This document shows, in pieces, positions 48,336 to 59,400 of a stretch of 64,000 bases of DNA. The notes below the pieces were generated by a model. It was not told where the DNA came from. It saw only the letters and a program-made list of their open reading frames with translations, and did not search any database. The position numbers and the translations under genes are program-made. Position 1 is the stretch's first letter, and each line of letters starts with the position of its first letter. The stretch comes from a virus (taxonomy: Duplodnaviria > Caudoviricetes): the IMG/VR virus record IMGVR_UViG_3300028591_005215, positions 32,001 through 96,000 of that record; one strand, written 5' to 3'.

Positions 48336-48844
48336 CTGAAAAGTATGTAATTAAAGTACCAAAACAGTATACAGCACCAGACCCTATGGGTGGTGCTGAC
48401 CCTATGATGGGAAATGACCCTATGGGTGGTGCTGACCCTATGGCAGGTAATGAACCTGCAGGTGGCAATGACCCTATGAATGATAGTGACCCTATGGGTG
48501 ATGGTGCTGATAATCAATCACAAGATTCTGACCAACAAGAATTGGATGATATTTTCAATAGTGCAAGTATTGAAACTAAAAATGCAATTCTAAAATACGC
48601 AAAAAGTCAATCCAAAAATGATAGCGGAAATGACGGTAACGAAGAAGATAGTCAAGAACCTATGCCAGAAATGCCTATGGAATCAAGGAAATATCATAAT
48701 AAGTTAGTTAATGAAATTGTTAACGGTATTATTGGTGATTTGGATATGAATGATAGAGAAGGTATTAAAGGCACTAAACGTGATGAAAAAAAAATTACTA
48801 ATAAAAGGGTAAAAAGAAATAATCCTTTTGTAGCAGGAAGGTAA
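48314..48844 (+). CDS. probable -1 frameshift extension of the 46839 gene (tracked ORF 48386-48844), GGADPM repeats
   Basis: Slippery G GGA AAA at 48314-48320; -1 frame is open into the 48386 ORF; shared EMPMESR motif. Confidence 0.6.
   Translation, partial: GKKIHTITEKYVIKVPKQYTAPDPMGGADPMMGNDPMGGADPMAGNEPAGGNDPMNDSDPMGDGADNQSQDSDQQELDDIFNSASIETKNAILKYAKSQSKNDSGNDGNEEDSQEPMPEMPMESRKYHNKLVNEIVNGIIGDLDMNDREGIKGTKRDEKKITNKRVKRNNPFVAGR
48380..48510 (+). repeat. GACCCTATG-based coding tandem repeats (DPM/GGADPM)
   Basis: Six GACCCTATG copies. Confidence 0.8.
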
Positions 48845-48913
48845 ATATAAGGGAAGTCTAACAGACTTCCCTTTTTGCTTTATATAGAATATTTATATTA
48901 AAAAGTTTCATAT

Positions 48914-49357
48914 ATGAAAAAAATAATTTTTGAAAAAAGACAACTTAAACTTATAGAAAATGAATTAACGTTTAATTCAGATTCTTTAAATAACGGTACA
49001 AATATAAATAAAGAAGCTAATGTAACGCCTTCAGCAACAGGTAGTTCTAATATTTCAAGTGATTTAAATACTGCTAAGGCTGATAATCCTGAAGCAAATA
49101 CATTTAATGTTAATTTATCAAACTATGCTGATAAAAATAAATCAGTTACACCAACAATTGCTAATTTTAATGTTAACGGTACTTCAGATGCGTCTAAAAC
49201 AATAGACAGTGCAATTAAATCTGACCCACAATTGGCTGCTGCTGTAAACAATGGCACTGCAATAGGTAAAATACATATGAAAGGTGCGTCAACTAATTTA
49301 GGGGAATCAATTAATTTTACTAAAAAAGAATTAGATAACTTTTTAAAAAAATTATAA
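48914..49357 (+). CDS. hypothetical protein with head-protein leader
   Basis: MKKIIFEKRQLKLIENE; ATATTTAT at 48889. Confidence 0.75.
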   Translation: MKKIIFEKRQLKLIENELTFNSDSLNNGTNINKEANVTPSATGSSNISSDLNTAKADNPEANTFNVNLSNYADKNKSVTPTIANFNVNGTSDASKTIDSAIKSDPQLAAAVNNGTAIGKIHMKGASTNLGESINFTKKELDNFLKKL

Positions 49358-49358
49358 T

Positions 49359-51455
49359 ATGAAAAAAATTATAATATCTGAAGAAAAATTAACATCACTA
49401 AAGAATTTTATGGATGAAAAGTTACCTGATTATGTATATCAGTCAGTTAAAACTCATAATACTTCTTTAGGTGAAAGTCCATGCTTCCCGCCTTCATCAG
49501 ATTATGATTTTGATTATAAGCTTCTTAAACAAAGATATTCTGAATTAATTGAGAATATGAAAGAATATGAATTACCTTTAGATGATATTGAAGCCGAAAA
49601 TTTGTTATATAAATTGACAACAAAAGCAATGTCAATTGAAAGAGGTATTAGACCTCATTTAAATAAGTTAGTTGAAAATGTTATTAACAAATTATTTGCT
49701 GTACCTCAGGAAACAATTAATTTAACTTGTGAGTTAACTGATAACGTAGCCCCACAAAAATCAATAAGGGTAATTCCTGAAGATGGCAGCGATAATGATG
49801 AATATACATTTAACGATGTAGATGAAATTTCGCAAGTTAATGATATTGTAAAACAAAGAAGGTTTATTAATTCATTGATACAAGGTTATTCTGTTATAGA
49901 ATCCGAAAACGATGAGAACTACGCTGATTTTTTTATAAGCCACGGATTGGAAAATTTACTTGATTTGTATGCAAAGATTAATACGCTGAATGATTATTTA
50001 ATTTTCACAAAGGAAGAAAAAATAGATAAAAAAAATCCAACATTAGTATCATATGTAGAAGTGCATTTAGGACATGGGGATAATAAAACTGTTATCAAAT
50101 CACAGGGTATAATATTCCCTTATCTTTTAAAGGAGACAATACGTGGATTTATGGAATTATTTTCTTCACATGGCTTACCTGAAGATAATCATAAAGCGCA
50201 AGCAATTATTAAACGTTCAGATTTTACAATGGCTGAACCTTGGGATATAAGATTGGGTGTTCCATTGTGGAATAAAATGTTTGGCAAATATCATATTCTA
50301 TCAAATATGATTCCTTATTTCTTTGCACAATATTGCTCTGAAGAAAAAGATACATTCTTCGATATAACAAAAAACATATTAGCTAATACAAGAAAAGGGA
50401 AAGAATATTTATTAAGTTCTACGGAAAATATAGAACATGATATGCAATATCAAGAATTCTTAGATAGTATATCACAAAAAAATGTTGATAATTCTCTAAT
50501 CAGTGATGGGTATATGACTGCTGATGAATTAGATAGTTACACTATTTCAGAAGAAGGCAACATCGAAGAAAATCAAGAAAACGAATATAATGATTCTTAT
50601 CATTTATCACCTTTAAAAAATCATTTGACGAATGATGATGGAATGGAAAATGTGAAAGGCTTCTATAACAACGCTGGCATGTTTGTTGATAATTACTTTA
50701 AGTATGCTGTTGATGTTAAAGACCGTGAAAAATTAAACAGTGGCAGCTTAGACTTTGAAGAGACTATTGGAATTCTTAAAAAATACCCAGAAGTGTTAAA
50801 AGCTTTTATCGAAAAATGTAATAGGTTAGCGATAGAAAGAAATGTAACAAATACATTGTTAGATTACAATAGAAATATAGACATTAATAAAGAATGGCTC
50901 ATTCATTTTACACCTGTGCCAGCTGATATTGCATTAAACGGCTTTGCTAAAGGAACATCAGATTATACTGATTTAGGAATAACGCATGGTTCATTTAAAA
51001 GAGAGGAAGGGTATAATTTTGCATTTACTGCTGATAATGCTAACGAAGAATATGCAAGGTATTATTGCGGTGATAATACGGATAATTGGGGAGCTGTTAT
51101 GTTTAAAGCAAATGGTGTAGAAGCATACCATGGTGGTGACAACCAATACCAAGTAATGTTCTGGGGACCATCGGCACGTGATATTGTCCCAATTTATTAT
51201 GGCGATATAAGTTATGATATTAATATGGACTATGAGGATGATTATTATGACACAAGAGGTAGTGCCGAAGATTGTTGGTATGTAATGGATGACAGGTCAC
51301 AACAGATTTATTACTCAAATGAATCATTGAAAGCTGTTGTTGAATGGGTTGAAAATAATTATTTTCAATATAAAGATAGATTAAATAATTACACTCACGC
51401 AAAATCCGACTATGTTAAGAAAAAGATGAATAATAATCAATGGCATACTTTTTAA
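49359..51455 (+). CDS. leader-bearing protein with C-terminal ART-like domain
   Basis: MKKIIISEE; WLIHFT..IALNGF..GYNFAF..QYQVMFWG. Confidence 0.6.
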   Translation: MKKIIISEEKLTSLKNFMDEKLPDYVYQSVKTHNTSLGESPCFPPSSDYDFDYKLLKQRYSELIENMKEYELPLDDIEAENLLYKLTTKAMSIERGIRPHLNKLVENVINKLFAVPQETINLTCELTDNVAPQKSIRVIPEDGSDNDEYTFNDVDEISQVNDIVKQRRFINSLIQGYSVIESENDENYADFFISHGLENLLDLYAKINTLNDYLIFTKEEKIDKKNPTLVSYVEVHLGHGDNKTVIKSQGIIFPYLLKETIRGFMELFSSHGLPEDNHKAQAIIKRSDFTMAEPWDIRLGVPLWNKMFGKYHILSNMIPYFFAQYCSEEKDTFFDITKNILANTRKGKEYLLSSTENIEHDMQYQEFLDSISQKNVDNSLISDGYMTADELDSYTISEEGNIEENQENEYNDSYHLSPLKNHLTNDDGMENVKGFYNNAGMFVDNYFKYAVDVKDREKLNSGSLDFEETIGILKKYPEVLKAFIEKCNRLAIERNVTNTLLDYNRNIDINKEWLIHFTPVPADIALNGFAKGTSDYTDLGITHGSFKREEGYNFAFTADNANEEYARYYCGDNTDNWGAVMFKANGVEAYHGGDNQYQVMFWGPSARDIVPIYYGDISYDINMDYEDDYYDTRGSAEDCWYVMDDRSQQIYYSNESLKAVVEWVENNYFQYKDRLNNYTHAKSDYVKKKMNNNQWHTF

Positions 51456-51503
51456 AAAAATATTTTTTTATATATATTTGTTAAAATATGTAAATTTGTC
51501 ATA

Positions 51504-52448
51504 ATGAAAAAATTAACAAAAGACGATATAGTAAAAAAAGCTAATATTATTTTTAATAATGTTTATGATTATTCTTTATTCATTAAAAATGACGTAGAAT
51601 ATACAGGTAATGCAACGAAAATGCCAATTATTTGCAAGAAACATGGCGTATTTTATAAAACCGTAAACAAACATCTTTGTGGACAAGGATGTCCAAAATG
51701 CTCATCAGAAAAAAATTCAGTGAATAAAACATTAACAACTGAAGAATTTATAAAAAGAGCCAAAGAAGTGCATGGTGATAAATATTCATACGAAAAAACT
51801 AAATATGTGGATGCTTTAACACCTGTCACAATAACTTGTAAAATACATGGCGATTTTGAGCAAATACCACATTATCATTTATCTGGTAATGGATGCCAAA
51901 AATGTGGCTTGGAAAGCAGAGCTAAAAAAAGAGTAAAACCTTTGAAACAGTTCATCAGTGATGCCAAAGAAAAGCATGGTGATAAATATGATTATTCTAA
52001 TGTAGTATATAGAAACGAAAAATCTGTTATAAAAATAAAATGCCCTATACATGGTGAATTCGAGCAAATAGCGGATAACCATGTGAGAGGGCAAGGGTGT
52101 CCTAAATGTAATTCTTCTTCTTTAGAAAATGAGATAAGAACTTTATTAACAGAATCAAAAATCTCTTTTGAAGAACAAAAGAGGTTTAGCTGGATGGGTT
52201 TACAAAGGATTGATTTTTATTTGAGCGATTACAACATTGCTATAGAATGTCAAGGCAAACAGCATTATTACCCTATAGATTTTTTTGGTGGGATAGATGA
52301 TTTTATACATAGGAAAGAACTTGATGAAAATAAGAAAAAGTTATGTAAACAAAATGGTGTAAAATTATTATATTATTCAGATAAAAAGTATTCATATGAT
52401 GTCATTGATGATAAAAATAAATTGTTAGAAGAAATTATGAAAACATGA
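51504..52448 (+). CDS. free-standing homing endonuclease (Cx2HG..GCPxC zinc-ribbon repeats + DUF559-like nuclease)
   Basis: Three CxxHG.F...H..G.GCxKC repeats; DFYL..YNIAIECQGKQH. Confidence 0.8.
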   Translation: MKKLTKDDIVKKANIIFNNVYDYSLFIKNDVEYTGNATKMPIICKKHGVFYKTVNKHLCGQGCPKCSSEKNSVNKTLTTEEFIKRAKEVHGDKYSYEKTKYVDALTPVTITCKIHGDFEQIPHYHLSGNGCQKCGLESRAKKRVKPLKQFISDAKEKHGDKYDYSNVVYRNEKSVIKIKCPIHGEFEQIADNHVRGQGCPKCNSSSLENEIRTLLTESKISFEEQKRFSWMGLQRIDFYLSDYNIAIECQGKQHYYPIDFFGGIDDFIHRKELDENKKKLCKQNGVKLLYYSDKKYSYDVIDDKNKLLEEIMKT

Positions 52449-55400
52449 TAATTGACCCTAATGAAATGGCTGCTGAATATATAAAGTCATTTCAAGATAA
52501 ATCAAGAATTTATTTCATTGAAAAATATTTGAGCACTTTCAATGCCACTAAAGGAAAGAAAACGCAATTTCATTGTTTTCCAAGGCAGAAAGTGTTCTTA
52601 CAAACATTGGCAAAGGTAAGAAATATTGTTTCTATTAAACCACGTCAGTGTGGTATAACAACGCTTACCAGTGCGTGGGCTACAGCTCAGTGTGTTTTTG
52701 CTTCAGAAGATGCTCCTGAAACAATTCTTTGCGTTGGTAACAAACTTGACCTTGCCAATCAGTTAATTACTAAAATGAGGGACTTTTTAACACAAGTTCC
52801 TCGTTGGTATTGGGGTGATGATTATTATTCACCTGACCCTAAATCTGATAAAAACACAAAATCTATATTTGTTAAAGATAGTAAATCAGAACTTGAATTA
52901 TTTAATGGGTGTCATATAATTGCTCGTTCTTCAGGTGAAAATGCAGCCCGTGGTATTTCTGCCGTATCTATATTGATACTTGATGAGGCAGGGTTTATTG
53001 AAAATGGTAAAGCTGTATATGCTACTTGTGCTGCGTGTATGGCATCTAACCCTAATTCAAAGACTGTAATGGTATCAACACCTAATGGTCATGATGAACT
53101 TTATTACAACACATATAAGCAAGCTTTAGCTCACGAAAACAACTTTACTGCCGTACAGTTTAGATGGTATCAAGACCCTCGTTATAACAAAAATCTTAAG
53201 TGGTTTAAGAAAAACGAAGAAACAGGTGAATTAAAGTGGTTTGTTGAAGATTTAGTTGATGAAGAAGGCTCTGTAAAATATGATGAAGAACATTGGGAAG
53301 AAATGATTCAAAAAGGTTGGACGCCACGTTCACCTTGGTATGAAGAAATGTGTAAATCATTTAACAACGATTCAATGAAAATTGCTCAGGAGTTGGATGT
53401 GTCATTCCAAGGTTCTGCCAATAACGTTGTTGCACCTGAATTTATCGAACAGCAAAACAATCTTAATGTTCGTGAACCGTTGGAAGATTTTAAAGACCCT
53501 ATGAATGAAGATACTTGGTTTTGGAAAAAGCCTATTGATGGGCATAGGTATATAATTGGCTGTTTACCTACAGGTGATAAAGTTTTAACTAAAGATGGTA
53601 TTAAAAAAGTTGAAGATGTAAATGAAAATGATTTACTTATTACTAAAGAGGGTGAAAAATCTAAGATTAAAACGTTTTACAAGAGAGAAGTATCAAACGA
53701 AAAAATGATTTCAATTAAACTATATGGGGATTGTGAAAAATATAATTTCACTTGGAATCATCCTATATATGCTTCTTGCAACACTAAATTAAAACGTAGT
53801 TTCAAAAAAAATAGTGATAATAAAAGATATTGGGATTTTAAATTCGACTTTGTAAATGCTGAAAACCTTTCTAAAGGCGATTGGGTGCAAATGCCAAACA
53901 TTTATGCTAATAACATTTTGAGTGATGATGAAATATTAAGCAAATGGGAAGGCTATGAACCAAAAGGCAAAGGCAATAAATTGTTTGATAACCCACTTTT
54001 AGAAAAAGATTTTTGGTGGTATTGTGGAATGTGGTTGGCTGAAGGTTCAGTTGTTGTGGATAAATCTGGGCATAATACTGTTATGACTGCACACAATATT
54101 AATGAAAAAGAATACCATTTAAAGATAAAAGAGTTTGCAAAAACAAAATTAAATCGTGATGCAACTATTTTAGATAGAGAAAAATATAATTCAACTGAAG
54201 TTATTTTTGGTTCTAAATCTATTGGTGAATTTTTAACTGATAATTTTGGTAAAGGGGCACGTTTTAAATTTATTAAAGAATGGATTAAATATTTGCCTAA
54301 AGAATATAAAATAGAATTAATCAGAGGATATTTTCAAGGCGATGGCTGCGCTTATGGAAAAAATGAAAAAGTTTCGTTTACAAGTGCTTCGCATCAATTA
54401 CTACAAGATGTACAAACATTACTATTGTCACTTGGGATTTTTTCTTCAATAAAAAAGCATAATGGGGAATTTGAAGGGGAAATTTGTGGCAGAAAATGTA
54501 TGCTCCATGATAAATTTTATCTTGAAATTGGTCTTTATGATAGTAAAAAGTTTTTAGACTTATTAGGTATTGAAAATTCAATAGAAATAAACAATAGAAG
54601 GACAATTGCTTATTCATTATTTAGTGAAGACCTTTCAACTATTTACTTTAGAATTTCTGAAATTGAAGTATGGTATTATGATGGATTCGTTTATAATTTT
54701 GAAACAGAAAATGCTTCACACACTTATTGCACCAATCGTTTTGTAACGCATAATTGTGACCCCTCCAGGGGCGTGTCAGCCGATAGGACTGCTATAGAAA
54801 TAATTGATATGGATGGTAGGGACGAAAATGGTATGCCAATCATAGAACAAGTTGGTGAATATGTAGGCAAAAAATTAGGTGATGATATTGGTGGCATGGT
54901 TTATCAATATGCTAAACTTTATAATGAAGCCTATGTTGTGGTCGATTGTACAGGTGGACAAGGTGATGCATTAATTCTTACGATGATTCAGTTAGGATAT
55001 AAGAACTTTTATTATGAAGATGCTAATCAGAAAACTTATACTATACAAAATCAATCAAATAAGCCAATGAATTTTTCTGATAGATTACCTGGATTCCATT
55101 TCCAAGGAAACAGATATCCTGTACTTGCAAGTTTTGCAGGTATGGTACGTTCAAATGAGTTTAAAATACGTTCTAATAGGGTTACTAATGAATTGGATAC
55201 ATGGATTTTTGAAGGTGAAACAGGTAGAATGAATCACCAAGATGGGGCACATGATGATACTATTTGTTCTTTAGCAATGGCTTTATTTGTCATGAAGTAT
55301 ACTTACAATAGACTTGAAGAAGCTAAGCATAAAGACCAATCTATTCTTAATGCTTATATGATGGGTGGGACTATGAATATGAATAAACCAATGGTTTCAG

Positions 55401-55522
55401 AAGGAAAACCTATTACACCTAACAATGGCTTGCCATTTTACAATGAAAGAACTATAAGAAGAACTAATAACGGCTTGAATAACATGGGAAGCTATTTATG
55501 GCTGTTCGCAGGATATAAGTAA
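52445..55522 (+). CDS. terL: terminase large subunit with intein
   Basis: KPRQCGITT, LILDEAGF, VSTPNG, QELD, G|CDPSRG, HDD motifs of T4 gp17-like terminases. Confidence 0.92.
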   Translation: MIIDPNEMAAEYIKSFQDKSRIYFIEKYLSTFNATKGKKTQFHCFPRQKVFLQTLAKVRNIVSIKPRQCGITTLTSAWATAQCVFASEDAPETILCVGNKLDLANQLITKMRDFLTQVPRWYWGDDYYSPDPKSDKNTKSIFVKDSKSELELFNGCHIIARSSGENAARGISAVSILILDEAGFIENGKAVYATCAACMASNPNSKTVMVSTPNGHDELYYNTYKQALAHENNFTAVQFRWYQDPRYNKNLKWFKKNEETGELKWFVEDLVDEEGSVKYDEEHWEEMIQKGWTPRSPWYEEMCKSFNNDSMKIAQELDVSFQGSANNVVAPEFIEQQNNLNVREPLEDFKDPMNEDTWFWKKPIDGHRYIIGCLPTGDKVLTKDGIKKVEDVNENDLLITKEGEKSKIKTFYKREVSNEKMISIKLYGDCEKYNFTWNHPIYASCNTKLKRSFKKNSDNKRYWDFKFDFVNAENLSKGDWVQMPNIYANNILSDDEILSKWEGYEPKGKGNKLFDNPLLEKDFWWYCGMWLAEGSVVVDKSGHNTVMTAHNINEKEYHLKIKEFAKTKLNRDATILDREKYNSTEVIFGSKSIGEFLTDNFGKGARFKFIKEWIKYLPKEYKIELIRGYFQGDGCAYGKNEKVSFTSASHQLLQDVQTLLLSLGIFSSIKKHNGEFEGEICGRKCMLHDKFYLEIGLYDSKKFLDLLGIENSIEINNRRTIAYSLFSEDLSTIYFRISEIEVWYYDGFVYNFETENASHTYCTNRFVTHNCDPSRGVSADRTAIEIIDMDGRDENGMPIIEQVGEYVGKKLGDDIGGMVYQYAKLYNEAYVVVDCTGGQGDALILTMIQLGYKNFYYEDANQKTYTIQNQSNKPMNFSDRLPGFHFQGNRYPVLASFAGMVRSNEFKIRSNRVTNELDTWIFEGETGRMNHQDGAHDDTICSLAMALFVMKYTYNRLEEAKHKDQSILNAYMMGGTMNMNKPMVSEGKPITPNNGLPFYNERTIRRTNNGLNNMGSYLWLFAGYK
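53561..54754 (+). mobile_element. intein (398 aa) with LAGLIDADG endonuclease in TerL
   Basis: G|CLPTGDKV..TWNH..CGMWLAEGS..IRGYFQGDG..VYNFE..VTHN|C. Confidence 0.92.
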
Positions 55523-55563
55523 TGAATAAGGCGGTGATGATATATATCATCACCTTATTTTTT

Positions 55564-56376
55564 TTATGGATTAATATAATTCAATAAGTCATTTATATCT
55601 AATATAGTATTTTTGGAATTATATAAAAACTTAAATAATTTGTATTTTGGGCTTGTATAGTACAGCAGCCTAACTCCATTTTCAAGACATTTTTTTTGCT
55701 TTAATTCATCTAACTTTAAACGCTTAACAAATCCTTCTACGCCACCAAAGTGGTCAACAGATTTAAAGTGCTGCTCTCCTTGGCATTCTATAGCTATATT
55801 ATATTTTGGTAAATAAAAATCTAACGATTGAGGTTTTAACCAATCAAACTTTTTTTGATATACATACTCTATTGATAAATCCTGTAGTTTATCTTTAATT
55901 TCTCTTTCAAGCGTACTCTCATTGCATAAAGGGCATCCGTGCCCTCTAAGATGCTCTGATGGAAGTTGGTAGAATTCACCATGCTTTGTACCATTACAAT
56001 ACGGACACCCACATCCATTAAGGTGTGAATTCGGCTTTTGCAAAAAGCTATTGCCGCATTTTTTGCAAGTTATAATTACTTTAGCCCTTGCATTTACATA
56101 ATTGACTTTATCATAATCATATGCATCGCCATGTTTTTCTTTAGCCTTTTTAATAAATTCTTCAGTTGAAGAACTTTTTAAAGCATCTGCGCATTTCTTG
56201 CACCCATAGCCCTGTAAATGAGAATTCGGTAAAACATAAAATTCTCCGTGTTCTGGACATATTATGCATACCTTAGTCCTTGCATTGATATAATTAGTTT
56301 TTGAGTAGTTATACTTGTTCGAATGAATTATATTAGACCTTTCTATAAACTCTTCAGTTGTTAATCTTTTAGTCAT
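55564..56376 (-). CDS. free-standing homing endonuclease (zinc-ribbon repeats + DUF559-like), one repeat internally deleted
   Basis: Paralog of 51504-52448; CPYCNGTKHGEF junction lacks the helical part of a repeat. Confidence 0.75.
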   Translation of the reverse strand: MTKRLTTEEFIERSNIIHSNKYNYSKTNYINARTKVCIICPEHGEFYVLPNSHLQGYGCKKCADALKSSSTEEFIKKAKEKHGDAYDYDKVNYVNARAKVIITCKKCGNSFLQKPNSHLNGCGCPYCNGTKHGEFYQLPSEHLRGHGCPLCNESTLEREIKDKLQDLSIEYVYQKKFDWLKPQSLDFYLPKYNIAIECQGEQHFKSVDHFGGVEGFVKRLKLDELKQKKCLENGVRLLYYTSPKYKLFKFLYNSKNTILDINDLLNYINP

Positions 56377-56468
56377 AGTGTAAATATATATAAAATATAT
56401 TAAAATACATAATAAAGATATTTATTTAAATGAAAATATTCATATAATTTAATTATTAATATTAAAAA

Positions 56469-59400
56469 ATGGCAAGAAATCATACTATATTCCAAAATCT
56501 TGATAAAGCTTTTAGTGGTAATTGGAATGCTGAAGCATCTGCACCGCATATTAACTCATATGATATGTCAACTGCTGATAAAGGAATTCTATATAGAACT
56601 ACCAATAAGGCTGATTATGAAGAAAAGAAACTTGAATTACAGCAAAATAATTATCTTAAAGAAAGATGGATTAAGGCTAATGTAGACCTGTCAGTAACAG
56701 CATATTCAGGACTCAATAATGTAAAACTAATGTATCGTGATTGCGACCTTATGGACTCCTTCCCTGAAATTGGCGCTGCATTAGATATTGTGTCTGAAGA
56801 ATCTACATGTTTAGATGCTAAAGGTCAAATTGTAACTGTATCATCTAAATCTGACAGAATCAAATCAATTCTTGAAGATTTGTTTGTGAATAGGTTAAAT
56901 TTACAGGTAACTGCACCTATGGTTATTAGGGCTATGTGTAAATATGGCAATCAGTTTATGCTGCTTGATATTGACAATAAGCTTGGTGTTAAGGGTTGGA
57001 AACAATTACCAGTGTTTAACGTTGAACGTATTGAAAATGGAGTTATGAATCCTTATGGAACAGGTGTATCTATGGCAGTATCTACGCAATCAGATTCAAG
57101 CAAGATTGACACTTCCACAAAATTCGTTTGGCTTGACGAAAGTAATTCACAAGTACCATTTAGAAATTGGCAAATAGCACACTTTAGATTGATGACAAAT
57201 TCAATTTATTTGCCCTATGGGTCCAGTTTTCTTAATTCTGCTAGAAGACACTGGAGAATGCTTTCCTTAATGGAGGATATGATGCTTATATATCGTTTGG
57301 AACGTTCTATTGAAAGACGTGTATATAAGATTTATGTAGGTGCTATTGATGATGCTGACGTACAGGCATATGTTGAAAATATTGCTAATAATTTCAAACG
57401 TACACCTATTATTGACCCAATGACAGGACAAATAGATTTAAGGAAAAATATCCTACCTGTGCATAAGGACACGCCAATTCCATTGTTGGATGGTAGAACA
57501 ATTACAATAGAGCAATTGTCTAAGGAATTCAATGAGGGAAAGGAAAATTATGTATATTCAATACAAGACAAAACATTAAAAATAGTCCCAGGGAAAGTAG
57601 TGTGGTGTGGAAAGAATTACACTGCTGAAAAACTCATTAGAATAACATTAGATGATGGGTCTCATTTTGATTTGGCAGCAGAACATGAGTTAATCATGAG
57701 GGATGGAACAAAGAAACGTGCTGATGAAGTATCAGTTGGGGAGTCAGTAATGCCTTTTTATCGTAAGGTTGACAAAGATAGCAAGAAACTTTTTGATAGA
57801 TATGAGAAAGTATTTAATCCGAATAGCGGTAAGTATGAGTTTACCCATAGAATTATTGCTGAGACAGTAGAAAAGGAAAATGACTTATATAATACAGTTC
57901 ATCATAAGGATTTTAATAAGTATAATAATTCACCATGCAATTTGATATGGATGGATTATCATGAACATCATAAGATGCATGGCGACTTGGCAAGAAACAA
58001 TTGGAAAGACCCAATAAAGAGAAAACGTCATATAGAAAATTTGTCAATGGCTTGTCGTGGCAGAATTATAACTGAAGAGACTAAGGATAAAATATCAAAA
58101 GCAATAAAGTCAAAGTATGAAAGCGGTGAATTTGATTTCGTTAAAGAAATTTCTAAAAAACATATAATTGGGTTTAACAAGTCTGAAAAAGCTATAGAGT
58201 GTAGAAGAAAACAAGGTATAAAGTTTGGGTATAGAGAAGAATTTAAGGTTTATAATGAGTCTGAATTACATAAACAACACGATGAAATACGTAAGGTTGC
58301 TACAGCTAAAAGTTGGGAAGGCAATGGAAGAACAAATAGGGTTCAAAAGATGAATATTCATTTCGATGATTTTATTTGGGACTCATTAAGGGATAATATA
58401 CTTCGCAAAAAGATTGATAGCCGTAAAACAATGCTTGAGTACATTAATAATAATTTGATTGACCATTTGATAGAAATAAATGACAACAAAAGATTAGAAA
58501 ACAATCATTTCATATCTAGAGAAGTATTAGAAAATAGAATTAGGGAACGTGGCTTCTGTACCATTACTGAATACGTTAAATCTATGCTAAAGAATCACAA
58601 AATAGTTAAAATTGAGACAATAGAAGGTGATGACGTATATTGTATGACTGTTGTTGGGCAAAATGGCGAAGAGGATAGGCATAATTTTGCAATTCGTTCG
58701 CTTAAAGGTGATGGTTCATTAAATGAAAGTGGTGTATTTGTGTCAAACTGCTGCGACCAAGATATCTTCATCCCTGTGCGTGACCAAAATGCACCAACAC
58801 CTATTGATACATTGTCTGCTGCGCAAAACTTGACTGCAATGGATGACATCAAGTTTGTACAGAATAAGGTTTGCACTGCGTTAAGAATTCCTAAGACATT
58901 TTTGAACTTTGAAGAAGCACAAGGGGATGGTAAGAACTTGGCACTTGAAGATATTAGATTCACAAGAACTGTTAATAAGATTCAGCAAGCATTTTTGATG
59001 GAATTAACTAAAGTTGCTTCGATTCATTTGTATTTGCTAGGATTTACTGATGATTTAACAAACTTTAGCTTGTCAATGACAAATCCATCTACACAGGCAG
59101 AACAACTTGAAATTGATAATATTCAGAAAAAGATTAGTGCTGCGAGAGACGCTATATCTGACCCAGGTAATGGCATACCTATAATGTCACAAACAAGGGC
59201 ATTGAAAGAAATTATGAAATGGTCTGACAAAGATATTAAAGACAACCTTGAAGAAATTCGTCTTGAAAAGGCAATTGCTGCTGAACTTGAAAAAACATCT
59301 CAAATCATTAAACGTACAGGCGTATTTGATACAGTTGACAGAATGTATGGCGAGCCAGGTGCTGAATATCAGGATGATGTACAGCAACAAGGTGATGATG

